Positions 37,901-50,203 of a DNA stretch of 64,000 nucleotides are shown piece by piece. Positions within the stretch are counted from its first letter, which is position 1. Each line of letters opens with the position of its first letter. The DNA is from Malacoraja senta (taxonomy: Eukaryota), in assembly GCA_038087875.1 (NCBI GenBank), contig CM075996.1:7070001-7134000 (forward strand). The letters run 5' to 3'. The notes beneath the pieces are model-generated. The model made no database searches. It worked only from the letters and a program-made list of their open reading frames with translations, and was not told where the DNA came from. Made by a program: the position numbers and the translations under genes.

Positions 37901-38034
37901 GTAACGCCAAGCGGGAAAATGGTGAGCAATCCAGAGGGAGGGGCAGTGGTGGAGGTGGAAGATACCTTGTATCTGTATAGAGTCATAGAGTCGCAGAGTC
38001 TGTGGACGATTTGATTGTAATCATGTACAGCTTT

Positions 38035-38160
38035 TCCACTGACGATACGATAGAATCCACTGACGATACGATAGAATCCACTGACGATACGATAGAATCC
38101 ACTGACGATACGATAGAATCCACTGACGATACGATAGAATCCACTGACGATACGATAGAA
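38035..38160. repeat. 21-bp tandem repeat TCCACTGACGATACGATAGAA x6
   Basis: Six identical units. Confidence 0.95.
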
Positions 38161-38261
38161 CTTTATTTATCCCAGGAGGGAAATTGATCTGCCAACAGTC
38201 ATAAAAATACAAAAACACAAAATACATGAATTGTGAAATTAAAGTGACGAGTGGGAAGGAT

Positions 38262-38735
38262 TCAAGTCAAGTCAAGTCAATTTTATTTCTATAACACATT
38301 TAAAAACAACTCTCGTTGACCAAAGTGCTTTACATCAGTGCAGGTACTAAAGTGCAACATACAGTGGTACATAGATCTAACAATACATACATAAATACAT
38401 ACATACAGCGCTCCCTCAGAAGACCTCAGGAAACGCTTGTGAGTAGAAATAGGTTTTAAGTCTGGACTTGAAAGAGTTGATGGAGGGGGCAGTTCTGATG
38501 GGAAGAGGGATGCTGTTCCACAGTCTAGGTGCTGCAACTGCCAAAGCTTATACCTGAGCTTATACCTGGACCGGGGGATGGTCAGTAACCCCAAGTCGGC
38601 CGACCTGAGGGACCTGGAGGTAGAATGGTGGGTTAGCAGAATTTTGATGTAGGTAGGGGCAAGCCCGTTAAGGGCTTTGTATACATAAAGGAGGAGCTTG
38701 AAATTGGTTCGGAACCGCACTGGGAGCCAGTGGAG
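38262..38735 (-). mobile_element. L2-type LINE 3' fragment
   Basis: FKLLLYVYKALNGLAPTY and a (TCAAG)n tail; related to the 1503-2750 copy. Confidence 0.82.
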
Positions 38736-39739
38736 ATGTGTGCAAAGATTTGGGAAGGGGGGGATGGAGTCAGTCTCAGTCTCAGTCTACCCCACGACAG
38801 AAGGGGGAGAAGTTGTGACTGGTCAGCTTTTCGCTTTACCTCAGTACACGTAACAATATTAATCTAAACTAAACAGTCACTAAGAGAACCCCCACTCGGC
38901 CGAATAGTGGTCGCAAATCAAAAAGTCTGCAATTTGAAAAACTCTAAATAATACGGACGCAAAGGGTTTAGAGAGATAAGGGCCAAATGCAGGCCAATGG
39001 GACCAGCCCAGAATGGCAACTTGGTCAGCATGGACAAGGCTGGCCGAATGGCCTGTTTCCCTGCTGTATTAGTATGGCTCTTATGTGTAGGAAAGAACTG
39101 CAGATGCTGGTTTAAATCGAAGATAGGCACCAAATGCTGGAGTAACTCAGGAGGTAGTTGAGGCTGAGACTATCCCGTCGCTTAAGAAACAGTTGGACAG
39201 GAACATGGATAGGTGGACAAAAAATGCTGGAGAAACGCAGTGGGTGAGGCAGCGTCTATCGATGCTGTATCACCCGCTGAGTTTCTCCAGCATTTTTTGT
39301 CTACCTTCGATTTTTCCAGCATCTGCAGTTCTTTCTTAAACAGGTACATGGATAGGACAGGTTTGGAGGGATATGGACCAAGCGCAGGCAGGTGGGACTA
39401 GTGCAGCTGTGACATTGTTGGCCGGTGTGGGCGAGTTGGGCCGAAGGGCCTGTTTCCACACTGTATCACTCTATGACTGTAAGGAATGGGTGACGTTTCG
39501 GGTCGAGACCCTCCTTCAGCCTGACTCTTATGCCCTCCTCTCTTCTATCTTTCCTACCCCCCCCTCCCCCCCCCACCATAATCAGTCTGACAAAGGGTCC
39601 CAACCCGAAACGTCGCCTATCCATGTCCTCCAGAGATTCCGCCTGACCCGCTGAGTTACTCCAGCACTTTGTGTATTGTTTTTGTGAACCAGCATCTGCA
39701 GTTCCTTGCTTCTGATTAACACTTTTTGTTTGGAACCAG

Positions 39740-39853
39740 GTATCTCATTAAGTTTCTGGCAAAGTTGGCGGAATACCAAAAGGTGAACAAAATGACGCCC
39801 AGTAACATCGCCATCGTGCTTGGACCCAACCTTCTGTGGCCCAGGAATGAAGG
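39740..39853 (+). CDS. SH3BP1: Exon 14, RhoGAP: YLIKFLAKLAEYQKVNKMTPSNIAIVLGPNLLWPRNEG
   Basis: accag acceptor, gtaggt donor, 114 nt, with the NKMTPSNIAIVLGPNLL motif. Confidence 0.96.
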
Positions 39854-42219
39854 GTAGGTTAAACGTCGCTTATCGTAATTGTCAACTTTACCTTCCCATC
39901 AGGCTATCGGGCGCAAAGAAAAAGCTTTTTAATGACAGTAGCGGCCATTTTGTCCTTTTCTCCCCGGGGGGGGGGGGGGGTTGGGCACGGTGGCGCAGCG
40001 GTAGAGTTGCTGCCTCACAGCGCCAGAGACCCGGGTTCGATCTTGACTAAGGCTGCTGTCTGTACGGAGTTAGTACGTTCTCCCCGTGACTGGAGTGGGT
40101 TTTCTCCGGGATCTCCGGTTTCCCCCCACCCCCCCACATTCAAAAGACAATAGACAATAGGTGCAGGAGTAGGCCGTTCGGCCCTTCGAGCCAGCACCGC
40201 CATTCAATGTGATCATGGCTGATCATCCCCAATCAGTACCGCGTTCCTGCCTTCTCCCCATATCCCCTGACTCCGCTATCTTTAAGAGCCCTATCTAGCT
40301 CTACGGGTTTGTACAGGTTTGTAGGCTAATTAACCTTGGTAATATTGTAAATTTCCCTAGTGTGTGTAGGATCTCGTTAGTGTGCGGGGATCGCTGGTCG
40401 GCGCGGACTCGGTGGGCCGAAGGGCCTGTTTCCGCACTGTACCTCTAAATTAAACTAGGGCCTGAAAAAGGGTCTCGACCCGAAATGTCACCCATTTCTT
40501 CTCTCCAGAGATGCTGCCTGGCCCGCTGTGTTACTCCAACATTTTGTGACTATTTTTTAAAAAACAGGAAGTTGTTTTGCATCACCTCCTGTGATGCTGA
40601 GGGTAGAAATCGACTTTGCTAAGTGAAGTTGGACTCTGATAGTCTGCCCTCTGATTGTTCCGAATTCACCTCCAAGCACCAGGATCTCACTGGGATGGCG
40701 GTGAGAGGGAGATTTCACAGTCAAATCCTTCCTGAACCATCGGAATCTTACTACGGATGTACGCTGCCCTCGGGACGGTTGCTATGGAGAGGAGATAGTT
40801 GCCCAACTCTTCGCAGAGTGTGGATTTGCAAAGAGAGCCGGGAGAATGATAAAACGGTCCTTAACTCAGTTTAAGGTAGACAAAAATGGTGGAGAAACTC
40901 AGTGGGTGCGGCAGCATCTATGGAGCGAAGGAAATAGGCAACGTTTCGGGCCGAAACCCTTCTTCAGACTTAACTCAGTTTAGTTCAATCTTCCATTCCT
41001 GGATAGTTTGGTGTAGAGATACTGTGTGGAAACAGCCCTCCCGGCCCACTTTGAGCCCACACCAACCAGCGATCACCCCAACCCACTGGAGACAATTGAC
41101 AGAAGCCAATTAACCTACAAGCCTGCACGTCTTTGGAGCGTGGGAGGAAACCGGAGCACCCGGAGAAAACCCACGCGGTCATGTGGAGAACGTACAAACT
41201 CTGTACAGACAGCGGCCGTAGTCAGGATCGAACCCGGGTCTCTGGCGCTGTGAGGCAGCAATACTATTGCTGTGCCACCGTGCCTTGTCACGGTTCGCTC
41301 ATCCCGAAGAGCTCTGTAACAGAGGATTCTATGGTTTACGGGCCAAATTCAGAGACGGACATCAGGTGTTGCTGGAAGACCATCAACCTGATGAGACAGC
41401 ACCTGGAGTATTGTCTGGAGACAGCACCTGGAGTGCAGTTTTGGTCTCCTTATCTGAGGAAGGCCATTCTTGCTATTGAGGGAGTGCAGCGTAGGTTCAC
41501 CAGGTTAATTCCCGGGATGGCGGGACTGACATATGATGAAAGAATGGATCGACTGGGCTTGTATTCACTGGAATTTAAAAGGATGTGAGGGAATCTTATA
41601 GAAACATGTAAAATTCTTAAGCGATTGGACAGACTAGATGCAGGAAAAATGTTCCCGATGTTGGGGGAGTCCAGAACCAGGGGTCACAATTTAAGAATAA
41701 GGGGTAGGCCATTTAGGACTGAGATGAAGAAAAACTTTTTCAGCCAGAGAGTTGTGAATCTGTGGAATTCTCTGCCGCAGAAGGCAGTGGAGGCCAATTC
41801 ACTGGATGTTTTCAAGAGAGAGTTAGATTTAGCTCTTAGGGCCAACGGAATCAAGGGATATGGGAAAAAAGTAGGAACAGGGTACTGATTCTGGATGATC
41901 AGCCATGACCATATTGAATGGCAGTGCTGGCTTGAAGGGCCGAATGGCCTACTCCTGCACCTATTTTCTATGTATCTATGTATCTATGAATGGCGGTGCT
42001 GGATTGAAGGGCCGAATGGCCTCCTCCTGCACCTATTTTCTATGTCTCTATGTTTCCAATTCAGTGAAAGGCATTCTTTGGTTTGCCCGAAACCTGTTGG
42101 TCTCTCGTCAGAGGGAGATGCAGGGAATGTAGCCGACTGGCCCGCTCCAGACTGTGGGATTACTCTATCGCGTCTTTGATTCACAATGTGTGACCCATTC
42201 CCTGTGTCTCTTTGTCCAG

Positions 42220-42317
42220 GACGGTCTCAATGATGAACATGGCGTCCGCGTCGTCGGTCCAGGTTGTGTCGGTCATCGAGCCGGTCATACAGAACGCAGA
42301 CGGCATCTTCCCAGAAG
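42220..42317 (+). CDS. SH3BP1: Exon 15, end of RhoGAP: TVSMMNMASASSVQVVSVIEPVIQNADGIFPE
   Basis: tccag acceptor, gtggag donor, 98 nt, phase 2 to 1. Confidence 0.92.
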
Positions 42318-45066
42318 GTGGAGCCCCCCTCCTCTCGCTTGCCCATGGAGACTGCTTTACAATGTCCGCCCACCCCCTCCGCTCCTCCTCGCCATCCCCC
42401 TCTCCCTGGGTTTCCGCTGGGTGTCGTCGCCCCTTCTCCCGGGCTCCGTGCGTTAAGCTGGAGAAGAGCGTGAAGGCCACAGCGGTAGAGTCGCTGCCTC
42501 ACAGCGCCAAAGGGACCCGGGTTCGATCCTGACCACGGGTGCTGTCTGTACGGAGTTTGTACCTTCTCCCCTGTCACCTGCGTGGGTTTTCCCCCGGGTG
42601 CTCCGGTTTCCTCCCACACTCCAAAGACGTGCAAGTGTTTGTATGTTCTCGCTGTGAGGCAGCAACTCTACCGCTGCGCCACCTGAACACCAGTGTTTCA
42701 TCTCCACTATCCTTTCGGACGACTGGACTACTGCTGGTGTTGAATTTATCCCGCTCACTGTCGAATAACGGGGGTAGGATGTAGATCCTCACTACAACAG
42801 AAGGTGGCACTGTGGCCCAGCAGTAGAGTTGCTGCCTCACAGCGCCAGAGACCCGGGTTCAATCCTGACTACGGGTGCTGTCTGTACGGAGTTTGTACGT
42901 TCTCCCTGTAACCGTGTGGGTTTTCCCCCGGGTGATCCGGTTTCCTCCCACACTCCAAAGACATTCAGGTTTTGTAGGTTAATTTGATTCGGTGTAATTG
43001 TATGATGTCCCTCGAGTGTCGTTTAGGGCCGATGTACGCTGGCAAGATGGCTGGTCCTCGAAAGTCGAAAGACATAAAGTGCTGGAGTGACTCAGTAGGT
43101 CAGGCAGCATCCCTGTAGAACATGGGATGGGGGACATTTCAGGTCCATTGTAGGGGGGGTGGGGCAGAAGGAAGCTGAAGAAGGGGAGCGGCAGGAGGAA
43201 GTGCGACAGGTGAAAGGAAACAGGCAAGGGGAGGAGGTTTGGTGGACAGAAGGTTGGGAAAAGGGCCAGAAAAAATGACTCTAGAGTCTGGAGCTAGTAA
43301 CTGGACTCCCTGGTTACTCTTCTCAAATTAGACTGAAGAAGGGTCCCGACCCGAAGCGTCACTCCATGAATGCTGCCTGACCCGCTGAGTTCCTCCGTCA
43401 GAATCGGTTCATTATTGTCATGTGTCGGTGCTATCCCGTATCTCTACACTGTGGACGGCCCGATTGTAATCGTGTGTTGTCTTTCCACTGACTGGTTCGC
43501 ACGCAACAAGAAAGCTTTTCACTGTCCCTCAGTACACGTGACAATAAACTAAACTGAACTGAACATGCCCTTACCAACCGAGATGCCCCTTCGACGCCAG
43601 TCCCACCTGCCTGCGTTTGGCACCATAAACTGAACTGAAAAATGTTTAGGCACAAAATGCTGGAGTAACTCAGCGGGACGGGCAGCATCTCTGGAGAGAA
43701 GGAATGGGTGACGTTTCGATAAACAATAGACAATAGGTGCAGGATTAGGCCATTCGGCCCTTCGAGCCAGCACCGCCATTCAATATGATCATGGCTGATC
43801 AACCCCAATCAGTACCTCGTTCCTGCCTTCTTCCCATATCTCCTGACTCCGCTATCTTTAAGAGCCCTATCTAGCTCTCTCTTGAAAGTATCCAGAGAAC
43901 CGGCCTCCACTGCCCCTGAGGCAGAGAATTCCACAGACTCACAACTCTGTGTCAAATTTCAGGTTGAGACTGAAGTTTGAAGAAGGGTCTCGACCCGAAA
44001 CGTCACCCATTCCTTCACTCCAACGATGCTGCCTCACCCGCCGAGACTCCAGCGTTTTGTGTCTATCTTCGGTGTAAATCAGCATCAATTAATCAATCAG
44101 TTTTATTCGTCACTTGCCCATAGAGTGCAAGTGAAATGAATTTGCCAGCAGCGGTACAATGAAAAAGAACACACAATACACAATAAAAATTTACACAAAC
44201 ATCTACCACAGCATTCATCACTGTGGTGGAAGGCACAAAAATTGGCCAGTCCTCCTCCATTTTCCCCCGTGGTTGGGACCTTAATCCTCCGCAGTCACCG
44301 CTGCGGGCGTCCAGGTGAGTAGACAAGGTAAAGTCCCGGTAAGTCCTGTATCAGTGCCTTCCCACCGAAGACCACGGCTTCAGGTTGGTGTAGGCCACAG
44401 GCCGGCGGTCGAAGATCTAAAGTCCCCGCTGTGCCGCAGCCAGAAGCACCGCAGACCGCAGGGCCTGCGGTCGAAGCTCCCCTCCAGGGGTCCCCGGCGA
44501 GGGACCCCGCTCCGGATGGTAAGTCCACGCCGCGCCCGCGGTAGAAGTAGGCCGCGGGCCGGCGGTCGGAGCTTCTTCTCCTCCCGGTTCCCCAACGAGG
44601 GATCCCAGGCTGTGGACGCCGCGCCAGCTGCAGCTCCGCAGACCGCGGCTTCAGGCTGCCGCGGGCCAGCGAACGGAGCGCTCCCATCCGGCGACAGCTT
44701 GCCCGCTCCGCAACGAGAGTCCACGCTGCGCCCACTGCTGAAGCCCCGGGCGCGTCTCCGGGAAAGGCCGCACCGAACCTCGGTTAGGCCACGGGGGAGG
44801 CAACATGGAAAAAGTCGCCTCTCCGCGGAGGAGGCGACCGAAACGGTTTCCCCCTTACCCCCCCACACCGACCCTCACACAAGACACACACAAAGAAACA
44901 TTAAAAACATACATTAAAACACACAAAAAAACAAAAAAAGTAGAAAAAACTAACACGCTGCTGGGAGGGCTGCCGGCTTGCAGCGCCCCCACCAACTACT
45001 GCATCTGCAGTGCCTTCCTCCCACACATACATTTGAAGTGTTTGCAAACTGCTTCTGTTTTCACAG

Positions 45067-45208
45067 ATTTGGATTTCAGTGTGTCGGGAATGTTCGGCCC
45101 AAGTTCTTTGTACTCCAGTTACACCTCGACAGAGAAAGACATTGGCTCAACGGAGCCGGCACAGACGGCCCCTGCCCCACTCAAGGAGGTCACCGCACTG
45201 AAGGAAGA
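45067..45208 (+). CDS. SH3BP1: Exon 16, copy A: DLDFSVSGMFGPSSLYSSYTSTEKDIGSTEPAQTAPAPLKEVTALKEE
   Basis: cacag acceptor, gtaggt donor, 142 nt. DLDFSVSGMF resembles recalled human DINFNVSGLF. Confidence 0.85.
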
Positions 45209-46205
45209 GTAGGTTCAGATTTTTATTTGGTTCATCTAAAAATTGTAATCGATGATCCTAAATTTCATTGTTCCCCGTGCTTGGGCTACTGTGTCTCTAC
45301 TTTAACTTTCCACTTCCCTCTGAGTTTAGTTTAGTTTAGTTCAGTTTAGGGTTGCAGTGCGGAAACGGGCCCTTCGGCCCACCGGGTCCGTGCTGACCAG
45401 CGATCGCTCCGTACAATAACACTATCCGACACACACTGGGGACAATTAACCAAAGCCAATTAACCTACAAACCTGCACGTCTTTGGAGGGTGGGAGGAAA
45501 CCGGAGCACCCGGAGAAAACCCACATGGCCACAGGAAGAGCGTACAAACTCCGTACAGACAGCACCCGTAGTCAGGATCAAACCCGGGTCTCTGGCGCTG
45601 TGAGGCTGCGACTCTACCACTGTGTCTTGCACACTGCCTTTAGTGTGTAGCGTTTGCTGTGCGGAGTTTGCACGTTCTCCCTGTGACCTCGTGGCTTTCC
45701 TTCATGTTCACCGGTTTCCTCCCACATCCCAAAGGCGTGCAGGTTTGTAGGTTTATTGACCTCTGTAAATTATCCCTAGTGTGTAGTAGATCCCAAAACT
45801 GGGATAATATACAACTAGTGTGAACGGGTGATCACTGGCCGGCACGGACTCGGTGGGCCGAAGGGCCTGTTTCCACGCTGTATCTCTAAACTAAACTGTG
45901 TGGAAAGCTGGTTTACAACTGCAGATGCTGGTTTAAACCGAAAATAGAGTCTCGGTTCTGAAAAAGGGTCTTGACCCCGACACGTCACCCATTTCTTCTC
46001 TACAGAGATGCTGCCTGACCCGCTGAGTTTTGAGTCTCATCTAAACTAACTGCCCCGTCCATCATCGGCTCTGACCTCCCTACCATCGAGGGGATCTATC
46101 GCAGTCGCTGCCTCAAAAAGGCTGGCAGCATCATCAAGGACCCACACCATCCTGGCCACACACTCATCTCCCCGCTGCCTTCAGGTAGAAGGTACAGGGG
46201 CCTTA

Positions 46206-46525
46206 AACCCCTGTCCCACGGTACGAGTTCATTCCAAGAGCTCTCCCGAGTTTGCCCTGATTCGAACTCGGAGATTTACGGTAACGGCCGCTCGTCGGTA
46301 CTCGGGGCTCTCGTGGACATTTTTCATCATGTTGAAAAATCTTCACGAGTCTTCCCGTGCTTACCTGCCGTTAGCAAGTCTTCCTGAGAACCTGCCGTTA
46401 GCGCTAAGAGACGTCCCCGAGCTCCGACGTACCCGCTACGTTCATTCTCCGTGCTTACCACAAGTTTGATTTTTTTAAAACTCGGGAGAGCTCTTGGAAT
46501 GAACTCGCACAGTGGGACAGGGCTA
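46206..46525. mobile_element. MITE with CCCTGTCCCAC TIRs (duplicated at 51201-51520)
   Basis: Inverted termini with TTA and TGA flanks, inserted in a LINE 3' fragment. Confidence 0.72.
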
Positions 46526-46797
46526 TGAAGACAGCAACGACCAGGTTCAGGAATAGCTACTTCCCCACAGCCATCAATCTGGCTATTAAACTCAACTCAA
46601 ACAAAACTCTGAACACTAATAGACCATTATCTGTTTATTTGCACTTTATCTGCTTATTTATTGATGTGTGTATATATTTATATAATAGTATATGGACTCA
46701 CTGATATGATATCTTCTGTATTCATGCCTACTATGTTCTGTTGTGCTGAAGCAAAGCAAGAATTTCATTGTCCTATCTGGGACACATGACAATAAAC

Positions 46798-46997
46798 NNN
46801 NNNNNNNNNNNNNNNNNNNNNNNNNNNNNNNNNNNNNNNNNNNNNNNNNNNNNNNNNNNNNNNNNNNNNNNNNNNNNNNNNNNNNNNNNNNNNNNNNNNN
46901 NNNNNNNNNNNNNNNNNNNNNNNNNNNNNNNNNNNNNNNNNNNNNNNNNNNNNNNNNNNNNNNNNNNNNNNNNNNNNNNNNNNNNNNNNNNNNNNNN
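46798..46997. other. Assembly gap (200 N)
   Basis: Run of N. Confidence 1.
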
Positions 46998-49900
46998 CCT
47001 ACTTTTTTTCCCATATCCCTTGATTCCGTTGGCCCTAAGAGCTAAATCTAACTCTCTCTTGAAAACATCCAGTGAATTGGCCTCCACTGCCTTCTGCGGC
47101 AGAGAATTCCACAGATTCACAACTCTCTGGCTGAAAAAGTTTTTCTTCATCTCAGTCCTAAATGGCCTACCCCTTATTTAGAATTTTACATGTTTCTATA
47201 AGATTCCCTCACATCCTTTTAAATTCCAGTGAATACAAGCCCAGTCGATCCATTCTTTCATCATATGTCAGTCCCGCCATCCCGGGAATTAACCTGGTGA
47301 ACCTACGCTGCACTCCCTCAATAGCAAGAATGGCCTTCCTCAGATAAGGAGACCAAAACTGCACTCCAGGTGCTGTCTCCAGACAATACTCCAGGTGCTG
47401 TCTCATCAGGCCCGTAAACCATAGAATCCTCTGTTACAGAGCTCTTCGGGATGAGCGAACCGTGACAAGGCACGGTGGCACAGCAATAGTATTGCTGCCT
47501 CACAGCGCCAGAGACCCGGGTTCGATCCTGACCACGGGGCTGTCTGTACAGAGTTTGTACGTTCTCCCCTGCACCGCGTGGGTTTTCTCCGGGTGCTCCG
47601 GTTTCCTCCCACACTCCAAAGACGTGCAAGTGTTTGTATGTTCTCGCTGTGAGGCAGCAACTCTACCGCTGCGCCACCTGAACACCAGTGTTTCATCTCC
47701 ACTATCCTTTCGGACGACTGGACTACTGCTGGTGTTGAATTTATCCCGCTCACTGTCGAATAACGGGGGTAGGATGTAGATCCTCACTACAACAGAAGGT
47801 GGCACTGTGGCCCAGCAGTAGAGTTGCTGCCTCACAGCGCCAGAGACCCGGGTTCAATCCTGACTACGGGTGCTGTCTGTACGGAGTTTGTACGTTCTCC
47901 CTGTAACCGTGTGGGTTTTCCCCCGGGTGATCCGGTTTCCTCCCACACTCCAAAGACATTCAGGTTTTGTAGGTTAATTTGATTCGGTGTAATTGTATGA
48001 TGTCCCTCGAGTGTCGTTTAGGGCCGATGTACGCTGGCAAGATGGCTGGTCCTCGAAAGTCGAAAGACATAAAGTGCTGGAGTGACTCAGTAGGTCAGGC
48101 AGCATCCCTGTAGAACATGGGATGGGGGACATTTCAGGTCCATTGTAGGGGGGGTGGGGCAGAAGGAAGCTGAAGAAGGGGAGCGGCAGGAGGAAGTGCG
48201 ACAGGTGAAAGGAAACAGGCAAGGGGAGGAGGTTTGGTGGACAGAAGGTTGGGAAAAGGGCCAGAAAAAATGACTCTAGAGTCTGGAGCTAGTAACTGGA
48301 CTCCCTGGTTACTCTTCTCAAATTAGACTGAAGAAGGGTCCCGACCCGAAGCGTCACTCCATGAATGCTGCCTGACCCGCTGAGTTCCTCCGTCAGAATC
48401 GGTTCATTATTGTCATGTGTCGGTGCTATCCCGTATCTCTACACTGTGGACGGCCCGATTGTAATCGTGTGTTGTCTTTCCACTGACTGGTTCGCACGCA
48501 ACAAGAAAGCTTTTCACTGTCCCTCAGTACACGTGACAATAAACTAAACTGAACTGAACATGCCCTTACCAACCGAGATGCCCCTTCGACGCCAGTCCCA
48601 CCTGCCTGCGTTTGGCACCATAAACTGAACTGAAAAATGTTTAGGCACAAAATGCTGGAGTAACTCAGCGGGACGGGCAGCATCTCTGGAGAGAAGGAAT
48701 GGGTGACGTTTCGATAAACAATAGACAATAGGTGCAGGATTAGGCCATTCGGCCCTTCGAGCCAGCACCGCCATTCAATATGATCATGGCTGATCAACCC
48801 CAATCAGTACCTCGTTCCTGCCTTCTTCCCATATCTCCTGACTCCGCTATCTTTAAGAGCCCTATCTAGCTCTCTCTTGAAAGTATCCAGAGAACCGGCC
48901 TCCACTGCCCCTGAGGCAGAGAATTCCACAGACTCACAACTCTGTGTCAAATTTCAGGTTGAGACTGAAGTTTGAAGAAGGGTCTCGACCCGAAACGTCA
49001 CCCATTCCTTCACTCCAACGATGCTGCCTCACCCGCCGAGACTCCAGCGTTTTGTGTCTATCTTCGGTGTAAATCAGCATCAATTAATCAATCAGTTTTA
49101 TTCGTCACTTGCCCATAGAGTGCAAGTGAAATGAATTTGCCAGCAGCGGTACAATGAAAAAGAACACACAATACACAATAAAAATTTACACAAACATCTA
49201 CCACAGCATTCATCACTGTGGTGGAAGGCACAAAAATTGGCCAGTCCTCCTCCATTTTCCCCCGTGGTTGGGACCTTAATCCTCCGCAGTCACCGCTGCG
49301 GGCGTCCAGGTGAGTAGACAAGGTAAAGTCCCGGTAAGTCCTGTATCAGTGCCTTCCCACCGAAGACCACGGCTTCAGGTTGGTGTAGGCCACAGGCCGG
49401 CGGTCGAAGATCTAAAGTCCCCGCTGTGCCGCAGCCAGAAGCACCGCAGACCGCAGGGCCTGCGGTCGAAGCTCCCCTCCAGGGGTCCCCGGCGAGGGAC
49501 CCCGCTCCGGATGGTAAGTCCACGCCGCGCCCGCGGTAGAAGTAGGCCGCGGGCCGGCGGTCGGAGCTTCTTCTCCTCCCGGTTCCCCAACGAGGGATCC
49601 CAGGCTGTGGACGCCGCGCCAGCTGCAGCTCCGCAGACCGCGGCTTCAGGCTGCCGCGGGCCAGCGAACGGAGCGCTCCCATCCGGCGACAGCTTGCCCG
49701 CTCCGCAACGAGAGTCCACGCTGCGCCCACTGCTGAAGCCCCGGGCGCGTCTCCGGGAAAGGCCGCACCGAACCTCGGTTAGGCCACGGGGGAGGCAACA
49801 TGGAAAAAGTCGCCTCTCCGCGGAGGAGGCGACCGAAACGGTTTCCCCCTTACCCCCCCACACCGACCCTCACACAAGACACACACAAAGAAACATTAAA

Positions 49901-50061
49901 AACATACATTAAAACACACAAAAAAACAAAAAAAGTAGAAAAAACTAACACGCTGCTGGGAGGGCTGCCGGCTTGCAGCGCCCCCACCAACTACTGCATC
50001 TGCAGTGCCTTCCTCCCACACATACATTTGAAGTGTTTGCAAACTGCTTCTGTTTTCACAG

Positions 50062-50203
50062 ATTTGGATTTCAGTGTGTCGGGAATGTTCGGCCCAAGTT
50101 CTTTGTACTCCAGTTACACCTCGACAGAGAAAGACATTGGCTCAACGGAGCCGGCACAGACGGCCCCTGCCCCACTCAAGGAGGTCACCGCACTGAAGGA
50201 AGA
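50062..50203 (+). CDS. SH3BP1: Exon 16, copy B (identical to copy A)
   Basis: Same sequence and splice sites as copy A; probably only one copy is real. Confidence 0.8.

Larger units (their letters stand above)
42594..46797. repeat. First copy of a ~4.2-kb direct duplication (second copy 47589-51792)
   Basis: Constant offset of 4995; the ORF track gives identical translations in both copies. Confidence 0.95.

Noticed and set aside
44295..44917. GC-rich 146-200 aa ORFs as nested genes (also 53175-53822 and 56545-57211)
   Set aside because: They overlap in several frames because high GC content depletes stops, and they lie in repeat-like elements.
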